Source: Gammaproteobacteria bacterium (GTDB lineage: Bacteria > Pseudomonadota > Gammaproteobacteria > Ga0077536). From it: a stretch of DNA of 64,000 nt. The notes below the pieces were generated by a model. That model was not told the DNA's origin. It made no database searches and saw only the letters and a list, made by a program, of their open reading frames with translations. The position numbers and the translations under genes are program-made. Shown piece after piece: positions 63,301-64,000 of this stretch. How positions within the stretch are numbered: the first letter of the stretch is position 1; every line of letters starts with the position of its first letter. The stretch is taken from positions 352,001 to 416,000 of the forward strand of contig CAXXLL010000003.1 in the NCBI GenBank assembly GCA_963662545.2, in the 5' to 3' direction.

Positions 63301-64000
63301 CCGCTGACGGCGTAGGACGTGTCGCCGGTCAAGAGATCGGCGACGCTCTCGCCGAGCCCATCGATGGTTCCGGACAGCGTACCGCCCACGGTGAAAACGT
63401 CATCGCCCGTCGTTCCGGTCAGATTTTCGATCTCGCTCCAGCCGCCGCTGACCTCACTCGAAGTGCCTGTGTCCGCGCCGGTGATCTGGTAGTCGTTACT
63501 GCCTACCAACGTGTCATTGTCCGTGCTGCTGCCCGCACCCGAGCCACCGTCGATCGCACCCGTCAACGTAAAGCCCGCCAGGGTGAAGGTATCCGCCGCG
63601 TCACCGCCCAACAGGTTCGCCGCACTCGCGCTGCCCGCCAGGGTGAAGCTGTCATCACCGTTCAAGCCACTCGCGTCGCCCGTCAGCACCGAGCCCGCGT
63701 TGAATGTGAAACTGTCCGCTGCCGCCGTCCCCGTCAGGTTCTCAACCTCCGCAAAGCCACCCGAGACGTTCGTCGACGTGCCGGTGTCCGTGCCCGTGAC
63801 GATGTAGTTGTTGCTGCCTGTCAGCGTGTCATTGTCCGTACTGCTGCCCGCACCCGAGCCGCCGTCGATCGCACCCGTCAACGTGAAGCCCGCCAGCGTG
63901 AATGTATCCGCCGCATCACCGCCCAACAGGTTCGCCGCACTCGCGCTCCCCGCCAGGGTGAAGCTGTCATCCCCATTCAAGCCACTCGCGTCACCCGTCA
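57375..64000 (-). CDS. Giant Gly/Thr/Asp-rich exoprotein (haemagglutinin/RTX-adhesin-like), 5' part outside the window
   Basis: >2200 aa open to the window edge; (I/V)ENLTG...D.F motifs; ~105-aa tandem repeats; acidic C-terminus. Confidence 0.85.
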   Translation of the reverse strand, partial: TGDASGLNGDDSFTLAGSASAANLLGGDAADTFTLAGFTLTGAIDGGSGAGSSTDNDTLTGSNNYIVTGTDTGTSTNVSGGFAEVENLTGTAAADSFTFNAGSVLTGDASGLNGDDSFTLAGSASAANLLGGDAADTFTLAGFTLTGAIDGGSGAGSSTDNDTLVGSNDYQITGADTGTSSEVSGGWSEIENLTGTTGDDVFTVGGTLSGTIDGLGESVADLLTGDTSYAVSGMFSGSSGGVNAWTAIENLTGTAGVDTFTFTAGGELAGTASALGGNDIFNITGSGATSSTAAANLFGGDDNDTFNFNGGGGLMTFTGDVYGFDITNPMDSTDDNTFNFTNGKPHIVGMLEGGREGGAGDDDVIDFSGSVIQNTWNTGPGTFVGIAGDPPLISGGWNDADLIPNASGGTISPFGNAVDTYWLINGTDAVVAARSLQELEDFVLNGNSPTTDQMQFSSIIAIQGGDALDLFIFEPDGALTNAADGGGSTGVNTLMGSINPDTFTITGLTALNITVDVGGNGGTASFTTINNIDALAGDLTVGGTFDGAGSDVNIFNVAASNWTGTIGGGVDTDTLQGSGTYVITGSGVGTSPDINGGMAAGWQGIENLTGTSGADSFTFNGGSVLTGDASGLDGDDSFTLAGSASAANLLGGDAADTFNLATFTLTGAINGGSGAGSSTDNDTLTGSNNYIVTGTDTGTSTNVSGGFAEVENLTGTAAADSFTFNAGSVLTGDASGLNGDDSFTLAGSASAANLLGGDAADTFNLATFTLTGAINGGSGAGSSTDNDTLTGSNNYIVTGMDTGTTTNVSGGFAEVENLTGTAAADSFTFNAGSVLTGDASGLNGDDSFTLAGSASAANLLGGDAADTFNLATFTLTGAINGGSGAGSSTDNDTLTGSNNYIVTGTGTDTGTSTNVSGGFAEVENLTGTAAADSFTFNAGSVLTGDASGLNGDDSFTLAGSASAANLLGGDAADTFNLATFTLTGAINGGSGAGSSTDNDTLIGSNDYTLTGGDLGTSGEVSGGFAEIENLSGTGGDDVFTVNAGAGSLSGTMDGLGHGAGDLLTGDTVYTVTGPNSGGSASVTTWQNIENLTGSAGMDTFNFNGGSLSGNADGAGNDDTFNVNVSFSVNQLIGNAGNDTFKITGNSVLSTPSGTTVVIDGGADNDEVQFGTPTGSPPGADTSTLVGSVDLGAGSDTIDYSGSSLVQLLEINTVVLGEQSGTIGGFSAPPDLIGPSPANGFAGVNNFIGNSLGTLIGPPGPGDTYWHITSQDTGTYGPTLAAIATNNFTAFNIQAQGGDDYVIFDVTGQLRGDPLAPVGTITGFNGGGFVTGNFLMGSIGNDIFDIEGAMQVDATTPTGARVTQLLNITDIDSNIGGGTFTDAGADTFNFAAAWGGSIMGGPGSDTINTATAVTAEITSIAPASLTSATNSFTGTGFFEIEILNTGAGADVITLTVAPTDTTDANQLNLGAGSDTIISQVAADWLIDGNNAGFVRDPGNTLARVRFTGVENLTATANSVLDMPNTGFSIGGTFTAPQVTLTANTNIGATSTGFIVGALGLRINAVNGVIGPASPPDATGNLAIAATGGGINLTGPLTVDGTFSSGSGGGGTANYLSVTSGGSQNYAGTTFINGDVTATVGALTFNNAVSITGDATSTGNQTYGGATQLGGDLSGANLVFNGVTNFSGNVLLSSSTDIWDFNNQVTSGTADVLNIVPTTVPRDIFIDLTDGAGHISANKFGGFLGFLSIGAEFVPGTTATPVFDGQVLSLTSTPAGVAPNADQITIAEPFETGGNILIIGSNIDFAPTTVLTDIVVAAGAAGQGDVALIALGDQLVAANDGLGADAATGFIRAPDNDTITIRGGAALFAATDAVENSDNIILDLANGPILLTQSSTADSNVSFNVQSNANTNSGINTDSLSILQGIADLIQAGGSFSSVTGTAQTTVSIFNPAAVLTILRLFFLDSSAFEEELTLFGIIGEGIAQSLEQCEEAEGCAPTVTEEELEAFIVEIKRRIEFLDQEVAADAIDLAEAQNLKERLQIELANFEQYRVQLAEYNARQEALEFGDDAGFDFDDVFEAEEVLEPVEVEPVEEIPEFEPIEQPADIEAEIPADEFEDIDEALETLEEPAAVETTPEVTPEPETIDLDEEPVFDDSDFEEFEEELDDSLTNDLMKRDRVNEFAGAVRLDRFGNVEWQGAVVLPTLHRRF
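60995..62185. repeat. ~315-bp intragenic tandem repeats (about 3.7 units; further units at ~63510-64000)
   Basis: GGFAEVENLTGTAAADSFTFNAGSVLTGDASGLNGDDSF... repeated almost identically. Confidence 0.92.

Noticed and set aside
47462-63807. Long antisense/alternate-frame ORFs over gltX, the acyl-CoA ligase, leuC and the exoprotein
   Set aside because: Shadow ORFs typical of GC-rich coding DNA, with no motifs of their own.
60995-64000. Diversity-generating or shufflon-type variation in the exoprotein repeats
   Set aside because: Differences are mostly synonymous, there is no reverse transcriptase or adjacent invertase, and this fits ordinary intragenic repeat expansion.

Overview
The window has two parts. 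Bases 1 to ~46.5 kb form a heavily mosaic genomic island. It ends at a P4-type integrase beside a 3'-half tRNA-Thr att fragment and tRNA-Glu/tRNA-Ala. Bases ~46.6-64 kb look like ordinary proteobacterial chromosome (probably a gammaproteobacterium; inferred): gltX, tRNA-Val, Sel1 proteins, LLM/crotonase/acyl-CoA ligase, leuCD, sapC and the 3' part of a giant repeat-rich exoprotein. The island holds an IS-split FimB/FimE-like tyrosine recombinase, six full-length IS insertions (five split a gene, one abuts an attC), MITEs, an Fe-S/sulfur-relay gene collection and orphan integron pieces (attC and attI-like sites, no intI). Its most unusual feature is ten co-oriented ~145-bp intergenic repeats plus two related ones. 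Each is built of up to three 28-29-bp palindromic sites with an 11-6/7-11 (dif-like) layout. Between 17.5 and 33.4 kb they separate single-gene modules of either orientation, which suggests a non-integron cassette array. All calls come from reading the sequence by eye; no database searches were run.
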